A stretch of 64,000 bases of DNA from an uncultured archaeon. Its GTDB lineage: Archaea; Asgardarchaeota; Lokiarchaeia; Sigyniarchaeales; SOKP01. The notes beneath the pieces are model-generated. The model was not told the origin of the DNA and did not search any database. It was given only the letters and a program-made list of their open reading frames with translations. The stretch is from positions 64,001 through 128,000 of the forward strand of contig CAZWEM010000001.1 of assembly GCA_964632315.1 (NCBI GenBank), given 5' to 3'. A program made the translations under genes and the position numbers. Positions 29,813-39,078 of the stretch are shown here, one piece after another (the first letter of the stretch is position 1; each line of letters starts with the position of its first letter).

Positions 29813-30898
29813 ATTTCAGAAGCAAAGAAAACGCCTCTCTATAACACTCACGTAGAATTAGGGGCAAGAATGGTGGAGTTCGCTGGGTTTATTATGCCTG
29901 TTCAATATGAAGGAATTATTAGTGAACATAATGCCGTAAGATCGAATGCTGGGATTTTTGATATTTCCCATATGGGTGAATTTTTACTGGAGGGGAAAGA
30001 TGTATTTCCTTTTCTCCAATATGTAATGATAAATGATTTAAATTTACTAGAACCTACTAAAGGTCAATATTCTTGCATGTGCAATGAAAATGGAACAGTT
30101 GTAGATGATTTGGTTTATTATGAGGAAAATAGTGAAAAATTTCGAATGATAGTGAATGCAAGTAATAGACAAAAGGACCTTGATTGGTTAAATAACCATA
30201 TTGGCAAAAGTGATGTAAAAGTCACCAATTTGTCTAATGAGAGATCAAGAATAGCCTTTCAAGGGCCAAATACTGATGAACTTCTACAGCCTCTTGTAAA
30301 TGTTAAGCTGGCAGAGATCAATAGATTTTATTTTAGACATTGTAAATTAAAAGACATTCCTATATTTATTGCTCGAACAGGATATACTGGAGAGAAAGGA
30401 TTTGAAATTTCAATGGAAAATCAATATGTTAATGATGTTTGGAGAATTTTGATGGATCTAGGAGCAACTCCAGCTGGCTTAGGTGCCAGAGATTCTTTAA
30501 GATTAGAAGCATGCTATTCACTTTATGGACATGAAATAAATAATAAGATTACACCCGTGGAAGCAGGTTTATTTTGGTTAGTTAAACCAAAAGAAGGAGT
30601 CGATTATATCGGAAAAGAAGTTCTAATGGATCAAAAAGAACACGGAACTGATAGAATAATAGTTGGGTTGAATCTTGTTGAGAGAGGTATTATAAGAGAT
30701 AATTGTAAAATTTCTAAAGACGGTGAGGAGATTGGATATGTGACCTCAGGAGGTTATTCTCCAACGCTTCAAAAAACTATTGGCCTTGGATTAATAGATA
30801 TTCAATATAGTAAAATAGATACTCAAATCGAGATTGAAATTAGAAACAGACTTTTAAAAGGGTTAGTAGTGCCTACACCATTTTTTCGAAACATTTAG
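29813..30898 (+). CDS. gcvT: Glycine cleavage system aminomethyltransferase T
   Basis: KTPLY..HVELGARMVEFAG (upstream of ATG 29870), DISHMG, RTGYTGE, GLGARDSLRLEA. Confidence 0.96.
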   Translation: MSEAKKTPLYNTHVELGARMVEFAGFIMPVQYEGIISEHNAVRSNAGIFDISHMGEFLLEGKDVFPFLQYVMINDLNLLEPTKGQYSCMCNENGTVVDDLVYYEENSEKFRMIVNASNRQKDLDWLNNHIGKSDVKVTNLSNERSRIAFQGPNTDELLQPLVNVKLAEINRFYFRHCKLKDIPIFIARTGYTGEKGFEISMENQYVNDVWRILMDLGATPAGLGARDSLRLEACYSLYGHEINNKITPVEAGLFWLVKPKEGVDYIGKEVLMDQKEHGTDRIIVGLNLVERGIIRDNCKISKDGEEIGYVTSGGYSPTLQKTIGLGLIDIQYSKIDTQIEIEIRNRLLKGLVVPTPFFRNI

Positions 30899-30912
30899 AG
30901 AAACTGAAGGAT

Positions 30913-31317
30913 GTGAATGCATTGGAATATGAATTAAGAGATGATTTAAAATATACCTCCACCCATGAATGGGTTAAAATAGAAGAAACATTAACAACTA
31001 TAGGCATAAGCGATTATGCACAACACCAATTAGGAGATATAGTCTTCGTAGAATTACCTGATACAGGATTGGTGCTTGAGAAAGGCAGCAATGCTGCTGA
31101 GATCGAATCGGTGAAAGCTGTAGGTGATTTGATAATGCCTTTATCTGGAGAAATTGTGGAAGTAAATCAAAATTTAATTGATTCTCCTGAAATCATAAAT
31201 ACATCCCCTTATGGAGAGGGTTGGATCATTAAGGTTAAAATTTCACACACGGATGAATTGAATGACCTTTTATCCTATAATGACTATAAGATATTGATTG
31301 AATCTGAAGAAAAATAA
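30913..31317 (+). CDS. gcvH: Glycine cleavage system lipoyl-carrier protein H
   Basis: HEWV, GISDYAQHQLGDIVFV, ESVKA lipoyl-Lys, PYGEGW. Confidence 0.97.
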   Translation: MNALEYELRDDLKYTSTHEWVKIEETLTTIGISDYAQHQLGDIVFVELPDTGLVLEKGSNAAEIESVKAVGDLIMPLSGEIVEVNQNLIDSPEIINTSPYGEGWIIKVKISHTDELNDLLSYNDYKILIESEEK

Positions 31318-31368
31318 TTTTTTTTCCTATTTTTTAAAAATTTCGAATTGAATATTGGTGCAAAAAAA

Positions 31369-32703
31369 ATGGATTTCATACCTCATGATGATGATACGAT
31401 TGCAGATATGTTAAAAGATTTGGGAATCAATGATATATTGGACCTATTTAAAGATATACCTAAGAAGTTATTGAACACCGAGTTTGACCTTCCAGAAGCG
31501 ATGTCAGAACCAAATCTCCTAAAAAAAATTTCGGATATTTCTAAAAAAAACAAGTTATATTCTTCATCATTTTTAGGAGCAGGTTGCTATTACCATTACA
31601 TTCCCTCTACTGTGGATTTTGTAATAAGCCGATCGGAATTTTATACATCCTATACCCCTTACCAAGCGGAAGCAAGTCAAGGATACTTACAAGCTATGTA
31701 TGAGTATCAGACAATAATTTCTAGATTGACACAAATGGACATATCAAATGCGAGCATGTATGATGGATCGACAGCTTTGGCGGAAGCTGCTATAATGTCC
31801 ACTATCATCACAAATAAAAGTACAATTCTATTGATAGAAGGAATTCATCCCGAATATATTGATGTAGTGAAGACTTATTGTTGGGGACAAGGAATTAACG
31901 TGAAGATTATTAAAGAGGAGGACTTATATAACGAAATTAATGAAGATATATCTTCAGTTTTAATTCAGAGTCCTAATTTTTTTGGGGATATCATAGATAT
32001 GTCTTTATTTTCAAGAAAAGTTAGGAATTTAAACCCGAAATGCTTAATTGTTCAAGTAATGACTGATCCATCTTGTTTAGGAATTTTAAATCCCCCAGGA
32101 GCTACTGATGTAGATATTTTTGTAGCGGAAGGACAATCATTTGGGATTTCTCCTAATTTTGGAGGTCCTGGATTAGGAATCTTCACAGCAAAAGAAAAAT
32201 TTTTAAGAAAAATGCCTGGACGTTTAGTAGGAAAGACAAAAGAGCTATTTGGTGAACAAGAAGGCTTTTTATTAACTCTTCAAGCAAGAGAACAACATAT
32301 TAGGAGAGAAAAAGCGAGTTCTAATATATGTACAAATCAGGCATTATGTGCTTTATCTGCATTAGTCTACTTATTATCTGTTGGAAAAACGGGATTAAAG
32401 GAAATTGCTACACAAAATGTCCAAAAGAGTGATTATTTAAAAAAGGCATTAGTTAAAATTAAAGGATTCAAAATTTTAAACCAAAGACCAACTTACAATG
32501 AATTTATGATTGAAGTTCCAAACCTTAAGAATTTACTTATAGAATGTAAAAAAAATGATTTATTACCACCTCTTGATATATCGCATTATTTTCCTAATAT
32601 GGTCAATACTGCATTAGTATGTGTTACTGAATCTAATTCAAGAGAATCACTAGAAAAATTTATAAATATAGCTAAAATTGTGAGTGAGGTAACAACGGGA
32701 TGA
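31369..32703 (+). CDS. gcvPA: Glycine dehydrogenase (decarboxylating) subunit 1
   Basis: YTPYQAEASQG, NASMYDG, REQHIRREKASSNICTNQ. Confidence 0.96.
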   Translation: MDFIPHDDDTIADMLKDLGINDILDLFKDIPKKLLNTEFDLPEAMSEPNLLKKISDISKKNKLYSSSFLGAGCYYHYIPSTVDFVISRSEFYTSYTPYQAEASQGYLQAMYEYQTIISRLTQMDISNASMYDGSTALAEAAIMSTIITNKSTILLIEGIHPEYIDVVKTYCWGQGINVKIIKEEDLYNEINEDISSVLIQSPNFFGDIIDMSLFSRKVRNLNPKCLIVQVMTDPSCLGILNPPGATDVDIFVAEGQSFGISPNFGGPGLGIFTAKEKFLRKMPGRLVGKTKELFGEQEGFLLTLQAREQHIRREKASSNICTNQALCALSALVYLLSVGKTGLKEIATQNVQKSDYLKKALVKIKGFKILNQRPTYNEFMIEVPNLKNLLIECKKNDLLPPLDISHYFPNMVNTALVCVTESNSRESLEKFINIAKIVSEVTTG

Positions 32704-34130
32704 TTCAAAATTTGATATTTACTAAGGAGGTTAATAAATCAAATACGAATTTTATTCCAAAACTGGATATCGAGAATATTGATTTAAAGGAAATTATTCC
32801 CGAAAAATTATTACGGAAAGATCTAGTTATTCCAAACGTCCCTGAGGTCGAGATAGTTCGACACTTTGTTCAATTGAGTAATAATAATTATGGAGTTGAT
32901 ACAGGTATGTATCCATTAGGGTCTTGTACAATGAAATACAATCCAAAAATAAATGAAGTCGTGGCCAGACTCCCTCATTTCTCGAACATTCACCCTCTAC
33001 AAGATGAGAACCAAGGAGCTCTCGAAATAATCGTAGAATTATCTACTCTTCTCTGTGAAATCACGGGAATGGATGGGTTTACATTACAACCAGCAGCAGG
33101 TGCTCATGGTGAACTAACTGGATTACTTTTAATGAAAAAGTATTTTGAAAAATATGACCCAATGAAGAATAAGATTATCATACCTGATTCTGCACATGGT
33201 ACAAATCCAGCATCGGCTAAAATGGCGGGATTTTCAATAATTGAGCTCCAATCTAATGAAAGTGGAGAAGTTCCACTTGATCAATTAGAATTTGCGATGA
33301 AACAAGGAGATGTTGCCGGTATAATGCTAACAAATCCAAATACCCTTGGTTTATTTGACAGAAATATATTAGAAATTACAAATATTATCCATACTTATGG
33401 AGGATTATGTTATTACGATGGTGCAAATCTTAATCCAATATTAGGAATTTCCCGACCAAGAGATATGGGTTTTGATATCATACATTTGAATCTTCATAAA
33501 ACATTTTCAACACCACATGGGGGAGGCGGTCCGGGATCAGGTCCAGTGGGAGTTATAGAAAAACTCATACCTTTCCTTCCAGAACCTTGTCTTTTCACAA
33601 AAAAAGAAGGAATTATATGCAAAGAGAAAAACTCAGATTCGATTGGAAGAATTAAAGCTTTTTGGGGTAATTTTGGAGTAATATTAAGGGCATATGCATA
33701 CATCCTAGCTTTGGGAGAACGAGGGTTACGAAATATTGGTAAGGTATCAGTTCTCAATGCTAATTATATGAGAATTAAACTTAGAGAGAAATATTTTCTT
33801 CCCTACGATCGAATTTGCCAGCATGAATTTGTACTTTCTGATAAAGGGATTCCTAATGGAGTTACAACTGAAGATTTAGCTAAAAGGATTCTAGATTATG
33901 GATTTTATGCACCAACTATATACTTTCCATTAATTGTAAATGGTGCGTTAATGATTGAACCAACTGAGACGGAATCAAAGTCTAATTTAGATAAATTCAT
34001 TCAGATAATGTTCAAGATCCATGATGAGGCTCAAAATTATCCCGAATTATTAAAATCTGCTCCAAAGAATACTCCAATTGGAAGATTAGATGCGGTCACA
34101 GCAGCTAGAAAGCCAATATTAAAAGAGTAA
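32700..34130 (+). CDS. gcvPB: Glycine dehydrogenase (decarboxylating) subunit 2
   Basis: PLGSCTMKYN, AHGTNPAS, NLHKTFSTPHGGGGPG PLP-Lys, EPTETE; ATGA overlap with gcvPA. Confidence 0.96.
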   Translation: MIQNLIFTKEVNKSNTNFIPKLDIENIDLKEIIPEKLLRKDLVIPNVPEVEIVRHFVQLSNNNYGVDTGMYPLGSCTMKYNPKINEVVARLPHFSNIHPLQDENQGALEIIVELSTLLCEITGMDGFTLQPAAGAHGELTGLLLMKKYFEKYDPMKNKIIIPDSAHGTNPASAKMAGFSIIELQSNESGEVPLDQLEFAMKQGDVAGIMLTNPNTLGLFDRNILEITNIIHTYGGLCYYDGANLNPILGISRPRDMGFDIIHLNLHKTFSTPHGGGGPGSGPVGVIEKLIPFLPEPCLFTKKEGIICKEKNSDSIGRIKAFWGNFGVILRAYAYILALGERGLRNIGKVSVLNANYMRIKLREKYFLPYDRICQHEFVLSDKGIPNGVTTEDLAKRILDYGFYAPTIYFPLIVNGALMIEPTETESKSNLDKFIQIMFKIHDEAQNYPELLKSAPKNTPIGRLDAVTAARKPILKE

Positions 34131-34218
34131 GAATTAATCCTTTCCTGAATTATTGTGCACCTCTAAGATAAAGAAGGATTTATATAGCATTTAATTTGAT
34201 ACTTGGAGGTAAGAATTA

Positions 34219-34261
34219 TATTGATTATTAATCAATAAACACCTAATTGATTTTTAATCCA
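34219..34261. promoter_or_regulatory. Palindromic candidate operator pair upstream of mtnP
   Basis: TATTGATTA-T-TAATCAATA (34219-34237) and degenerate copy TTGATTTTTAATCCA (34247-34261), just upstream of TTTATAAA. Confidence 0.45.
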
Positions 34262-34300
34262 TGAACTATTATAATTTATAAAATTAGGATAGTGAATATT

Positions 34301-35050
34301 ATGGTTAAACTCGGAATAATAGGCGGGTCGGGATTAGATAATCCGGATCTTTTAAAAGACGCAAAAGATATCGAGGTTGATACTTCATACGGAAAACCCT
34401 CATCTCCCCTAAGATTGGGGAAAATTCATGATATTGACGTTGTCTTATTAGCTAGACATGGAAGAGAGCATACTATTCCCCCTACTCAAGTTAATAATAG
34501 AGCTAACATACAAGCTCTTAAAGATCAAGGGTGTACACATATTTTAGTCACTACTGCTTGTGGTAGTCTAAGAGAAAAAATTGAAAGAGGACATTTTGTA
34601 ATTTTAGACCAATTTATTGACTTTACTAGGTTAAGAAAAGTATCATTTTACGAAGAATTTGAACCGGGAGATATGAAGCACACTCCTATGGCTGATCCAT
34701 TTTCAGAAGAACTGAGAACTTTAGTAATTAAAGCTGCTAAAGAGTTAAATATTCCTCATCATGAAAGAGGAACAGTCGTTACTATTGAAGGACCTCGATT
34801 TTCAACTAGAGCAGAATCTCGTATGTTCAGAAGTTGGGGCGCAGATGTCATTAATATGAGTATAGCACCTGAAGCAGCATTAGCTAATGAGGCAGGATTA
34901 CCTTATGCTGCTATTGCAATGTCTACAGATTACGACTGCTGGAAAGAAGATGAAGCTCCAGTGACTTGGAAAGAAATCCTGGAAATATTTGGAAAAAATG
35001 TTGATAATGTAATAAAATTGCTAATTCGTACAATCGACAAGCTTAAGTAA
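34301..35050 (+). CDS. mtnP: S-methyl-5'-thioadenosine phosphorylase
   Basis: GIIGGSG, ARHG, ACGSL, EGPRFSTRAES, INMS, TDYDCW. Confidence 0.94.
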   Translation: MVKLGIIGGSGLDNPDLLKDAKDIEVDTSYGKPSSPLRLGKIHDIDVVLLARHGREHTIPPTQVNNRANIQALKDQGCTHILVTTACGSLREKIERGHFVILDQFIDFTRLRKVSFYEEFEPGDMKHTPMADPFSEELRTLVIKAAKELNIPHHERGTVVTIEGPRFSTRAESRMFRSWGADVINMSIAPEAALANEAGLPYAAIAMSTDYDCWKEDEAPVTWKEILEIFGKNVDNVIKLLIRTIDKLK

Positions 35051-35152
35051 ATTTCCCCATATGCTTTTTCTTAATTTTTCTAAATTAATAAGATTGATAT
35101 TTTTTCATTGTTTTAACAATCTAAGAAAATTAATTATATGGAATAAAATCAA

Positions 35153-36460
35153 TTGGTAAAAATTACATTTCTTGGTGCTACAAGAGAAGTTGGGAGATCA
35201 GCAGTTTTAATTGAATCAAAATCCGATCAGAAGGTAATCTTAGATTATGGTGTAAGATTTAGTGAAGAAGATCGTCTCCCGTTAGATACTGACTTAAATA
35301 ATCTTAAAGCTTTAGCTCTTTCCCATTGCCACGTCGATCACTGTGGAGCAATGCCCTATTTATATAAAGACTTGAACATTCCCTTCTTTACAAATCCATT
35401 AACACTTAGAATTTCAGAAATACTATTAAAAGATATGATTAAAATTTCAAAGTATCCTTATCCATTTGGGCCTAAAGACTTAGATCAATGGAGACGTAAT
35501 GCCCAATTTTTGAAGGTTGGAGAGAAAATTAAAATTTCTAAGGATATATTCATAACTTTCTACGATGCTGGACATATTCCCGGCAGTGTTTCAATATTAC
35601 TTGAGGTGGATAATAAATCAATATTGTATACTGGTGATATAAATTCTCAAAAAACAAATTTAGTTTATCCAGCAAATTCCATAGATATACCAGAAATTGA
35701 TGCTTTAATCACAGAATCTACATATGCAACAAAAGAACACACCCCTAGGGAACAATTAGAAAAACAATTTATAGATAAAGTTCTTACAATAATAGAAAAT
35801 GGGGGACGAGTGCTAATTCCCGCTTTTGGAGTAGCCAGATCTCAAGAAATCCTTTTAATCCTTAATAAATACGATGTAGATATTCCAATATATATCGATG
35901 GTTTAGCAAGAAAGATTTCAAATACTTATTTAAATTTTCCGAAAGAATTTAGAAATTATAATCATCTCAAGAAATCTATTAAGAGAGTAAATTTTGTAAA
36001 AAGCAGAAATAGAAGAGCAATTATTCAAAATGCGAGGGGAATTATTATTTCACCTTCAGGTATGCTGAAAGGTGGAGCTGCTATAGATTATGTATCCTCT
36101 ATAATAAAAAATTCGAATTCTGCTATATATTTTGTTGGTTATCAAGTAGAAGGAAATCCTGGTCGAAAACTTTTAGATGAGGGAATATTCGATTATGAAG
36201 AAAAACTCTACACTAATTTTATGGATAGAGATCTAAATGATTTAAAAGCTAAATGCGATGTGGATTATTTTGATTTTTCAAGTCATTCTGATAAGACTCA
36301 TTTATATAAGTATATTGATGATATAGCTTTTTCAAATTCTTCTCGTTATGTATTTTGTGTACACGGAGAAGAAAAATCAGTGAATTCATTAGCTGGTAAT
36401 TTAAATAAAAAGGAATATAACGCTGTGGCTCCTGAAATTGGAGAATCCTACATTCTTTAA
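35153..36460 (+). CDS. Metallo-beta-lactamase beta-CASP ribonuclease (aCPSF2-like, no KH domains)
   Basis: FLGATREVGRS, SHCHVDH, AGHIPG, YTGD, ESTY, FSSH, VHGE. Confidence 0.9.
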   Translation: MVKITFLGATREVGRSAVLIESKSDQKVILDYGVRFSEEDRLPLDTDLNNLKALALSHCHVDHCGAMPYLYKDLNIPFFTNPLTLRISEILLKDMIKISKYPYPFGPKDLDQWRRNAQFLKVGEKIKISKDIFITFYDAGHIPGSVSILLEVDNKSILYTGDINSQKTNLVYPANSIDIPEIDALITESTYATKEHTPREQLEKQFIDKVLTIIENGGRVLIPAFGVARSQEILLILNKYDVDIPIYIDGLARKISNTYLNFPKEFRNYNHLKKSIKRVNFVKSRNRRAIIQNARGIIISPSGMLKGGAAIDYVSSIIKNSNSAIYFVGYQVEGNPGRKLLDEGIFDYEEKLYTNFMDRDLNDLKAKCDVDYFDFSSHSDKTHLYKYIDDIAFSNSSRYVFCVHGEEKSVNSLAGNLNKKEYNAVAPEIGESYIL

Positions 36461-37965
36461 ATTTTATTTTGCTTCTTAATTACCTCGTCAAAATTTTGTA
36501 GAAAAGCATCAATTTTATCTATTGGTACTTTTGTCCCCGCAGCGGGAGGATGCCCGCCGCCTAAAATATCTAAATTTGATTTTTCTAAGGCTTTTCTAAT
36601 TGCTTCGGATAAATTGACTCCTTTTTCTACAATTTTTTTATCAGCTCTAGCTGATATTTTAAATACTCCCTCCTTTTCTCTTTTAGCACATCCTAAAACA
36701 GGTTTATTTTTATTAATTATTTCCCCTTTATCAAATATTAACATAGAAGCGATTGTTCCGATCATGGTATCTGGAATTCTACCTTCTCCAAAAAAGAATT
36801 GTATGTTTTCTAACTCCTTTATTTTATCACCTTCTTGTATCCAATGCATAAAGTTCATTATTGTTTTCTTATACTCTTGCAACTGATTTTGAGCTTTTTG
36901 ATACGCTTCTTTCCTATCTCCCATTGCAATCGCGATCCCTAACGATCCATTATCGCTTCTTCCACAAGAATTTAATAAATTTGAAAATTCATGTAATTCA
37001 TGTAATTCCGATCCTGATGTCTCATTCTTCAATATATATCTTTTAATAACTAAGTTTTGGATAATCTCTTCAGGTTCAATTTGATACTTTAATGCATATT
37101 CTATAATTGCTGAGGATATCTTTCTTTTTTCATTTTTGTCTAAATCATTTAGTGTTCTTATCTCCCCATTAGACTTTTCCATTAAAATTCCAATTTTTTT
37201 TAGAAAAATCAAGCTCTTACTAGAATTTCCACTAATTCCTGGTAAATTTAACTCATTTGAATATGCAATAGCTTCATTCAAGGGTTTTATTGGAGAAAAC
37301 ATTAAATCATCAATTACCTCAACTTGATTTGTATTAATTGCATCCTCCAAAATTCGAACATTCAACCCAAAAAAGGCATGATTAGGCGCTTGGTTCTGAA
37401 TGTCCCCCATAGCGCCAACCAATGCGATGTAGGCAAGATCGATATTTTTTTGATTTAATGTTTTAGAAAATAAATAGGTTAAACCTGCGGCCGAAACTTC
37501 GTTACTCCCATTAATACCATAAAAATATGGGTTAATATGCCAAGGTTTTGAATCGTTTTTAATTTCTAAGACTTGTGAATCATCCATGTTATCCACATTT
37601 TGAGGTAGATGATGGTCAATAATTAGCAGGTTACGCATTTCTCCAATATCTTCTTTTTGATTTATTATTTCTAAATATTGACCACTTCCAAAATCAGTTA
37701 AAATTACAAAATACTCATCTGATTCAAGTTCTTGTTTAATTCTAATTATTTGCTCTTTCTCTAATTGCTTTAATATTCTGATTCGAAATGGTATTCGTTC
37801 TCTAAACAATGTTTTTCCAATGATAGCTCCTGATGACAATCCGTCTGCATCTAAATGTGTATATATATGAACCATTAAACTAGAATGGCTTATGGAATTA
37901 AGAAAGTAATCTTTTGCTTCTTTTAAAGCAATATATAGTTCTTCAGAAGTCTCTACATTACCCAT
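36457..37965 (-). CDS. recJ: DHH-family RecJ/GAN (Cdc45-related) nuclease
   Basis: HLDADG, TDFGSG, IDHH, GDIQ, GGGHPPAAG DHHA1 motif. Confidence 0.9.
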   Translation of the reverse strand: MGNVETSEELYIALKEAKDYFLNSISHSSLMVHIYTHLDADGLSSGAIIGKTLFRERIPFRIRILKQLEKEQIIRIKQELESDEYFVILTDFGSGQYLEIINQKEDIGEMRNLLIIDHHLPQNVDNMDDSQVLEIKNDSKPWHINPYFYGINGSNEVSAAGLTYLFSKTLNQKNIDLAYIALVGAMGDIQNQAPNHAFFGLNVRILEDAINTNQVEVIDDLMFSPIKPLNEAIAYSNELNLPGISGNSSKSLIFLKKIGILMEKSNGEIRTLNDLDKNEKRKISSAIIEYALKYQIEPEEIIQNLVIKRYILKNETSGSELHELHEFSNLLNSCGRSDNGSLGIAIAMGDRKEAYQKAQNQLQEYKKTIMNFMHWIQEGDKIKELENIQFFFGEGRIPDTMIGTIASMLIFDKGEIINKNKPVLGCAKREKEGVFKISARADKKIVEKGVNLSEAIRKALEKSNLDILGGGHPPAAGTKVPIDKIDAFLQNFDEVIKKQNKI

Positions 37966-38047
37966 AATTATTATAAAATTTTAAATTGAAAACTAAATCT
38001 AATATAATAAAATAAGAAAAAATTAATAAATACTCAATTGAAAAAAA

Positions 38048-39049
38048 GTGATTAATTTGCATCATGTAAAAATTAATGAATTAGCTTTAAAATTAGTTCA
38101 AGAAATAATTCAAAACAAAGAATTACTTAAGGCAGATGTCCATACTCTTGAAAATGGAGCACATGTAATTAATATGACAAATGCAACATGGAAAGGAGGA
38201 AAACTGGTAGGAGAAATTTGTATGGGGGGTTTAGGTACAGTTGATTTTAGTCATTATAATTTAGATGGTCATTATATTCCAAGTGTAAATGTTTATACTT
38301 CAGAACCGATTCTCTCCTGTATGGCTTCTCAATTGGCCGGTTGGAGTGTTAAACTAAAAAAAGAAGTCGAAAAGGATGGTGTAATAAAGAAAAAAGTTAT
38401 CTTTCAGTCATTAGGTTCCGGACCAGCGAGAGCTAAGGGTAAAACAGAAAAACTATTTGAGGAAATTAATTATCTTGATGATTCTGATTGTGCTGTTATA
38501 GTGTTTGAAACAGATAAGCTCCCTAATGAAGAAGTAATGGAAATAGTTTCTAATAAATGCGGAGTAAATGTAAGTAATACTTATGCTATTTATGCTCCTA
38601 CCGCTTGTTTGACTGGTTCTATTCAAGTTGCTGCAAGAATAGTAGAAACTGGAATACATAAACTTCATGAAATTCATTTCCCATTAGAAGTTTTGCGAGA
38701 TGGATTCGGTACTACAACAATTGCACCCATAGCTAAAGATGATTTAGGAGCAATGGGAAGGACTAATGATTCAATTAGTGCCGCAGGGTTAACCTATTAT
38801 ACTATCGAAGTTGAAAAAGAAAAAGAAGCAGAATTATTTGAATTATTGAAAAAGGCACCCGCTAATACGTCCTCTAGTTATGGAAAACCATTTCTTGAGA
38901 CATTTAAAGCAGCGGAATATGATTTTTACAAAATAGATCCCGGTCTATTTGCTCCTGCTAAATACACTATTAATAATATCAAAACTGGAAGGAGCATAAC
39001 AGTAGGAGAAGTAAATCACCAACTCTTAAAAGAATCCTATAAACTTTAG
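38048..39049 (+). CDS. mch: Methenyl-H4MPT cyclohydrolase
   Basis: CMGGLG, SQLAGW, GSGPARA, GSIQVAARIVETG, MGRTND, YGKPF, IDPGLFAPA. Confidence 0.96.
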   Translation: MINLHHVKINELALKLVQEIIQNKELLKADVHTLENGAHVINMTNATWKGGKLVGEICMGGLGTVDFSHYNLDGHYIPSVNVYTSEPILSCMASQLAGWSVKLKKEVEKDGVIKKKVIFQSLGSGPARAKGKTEKLFEEINYLDDSDCAVIVFETDKLPNEEVMEIVSNKCGVNVSNTYAIYAPTACLTGSIQVAARIVETGIHKLHEIHFPLEVLRDGFGTTTIAPIAKDDLGAMGRTNDSISAAGLTYYTIEVEKEKEAELFELLKKAPANTSSSYGKPFLETFKAAEYDFYKIDPGLFAPAKYTINNIKTGRSITVGEVNHQLLKESYKL

Positions 39050-39078
39050 GAAGTATAATCTCAAATTTTTTTAATTTT

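Noticed and set aside
34255-34300. SECIS/K-turn-like hairpin ATGA-ACTATTATAATTT-ATA-AAATTAGGATAGT-GA
   Set aside because: Lokiarchaeia do use eukaryote-like SECIS elements, but no neighbouring gene has an in-frame TGA needing recoding. The stem is AT-only, the apical AA spacing is off, and it coincides with the mtnP TATA box.
25939-39049. Inferring methanogenesis from ftr/mtd/mch and the FrhB-like gene
   Set aside because: No mcr or mtr in the window; these H4MPT enzymes are common in non-methanogenic Asgard archaea.
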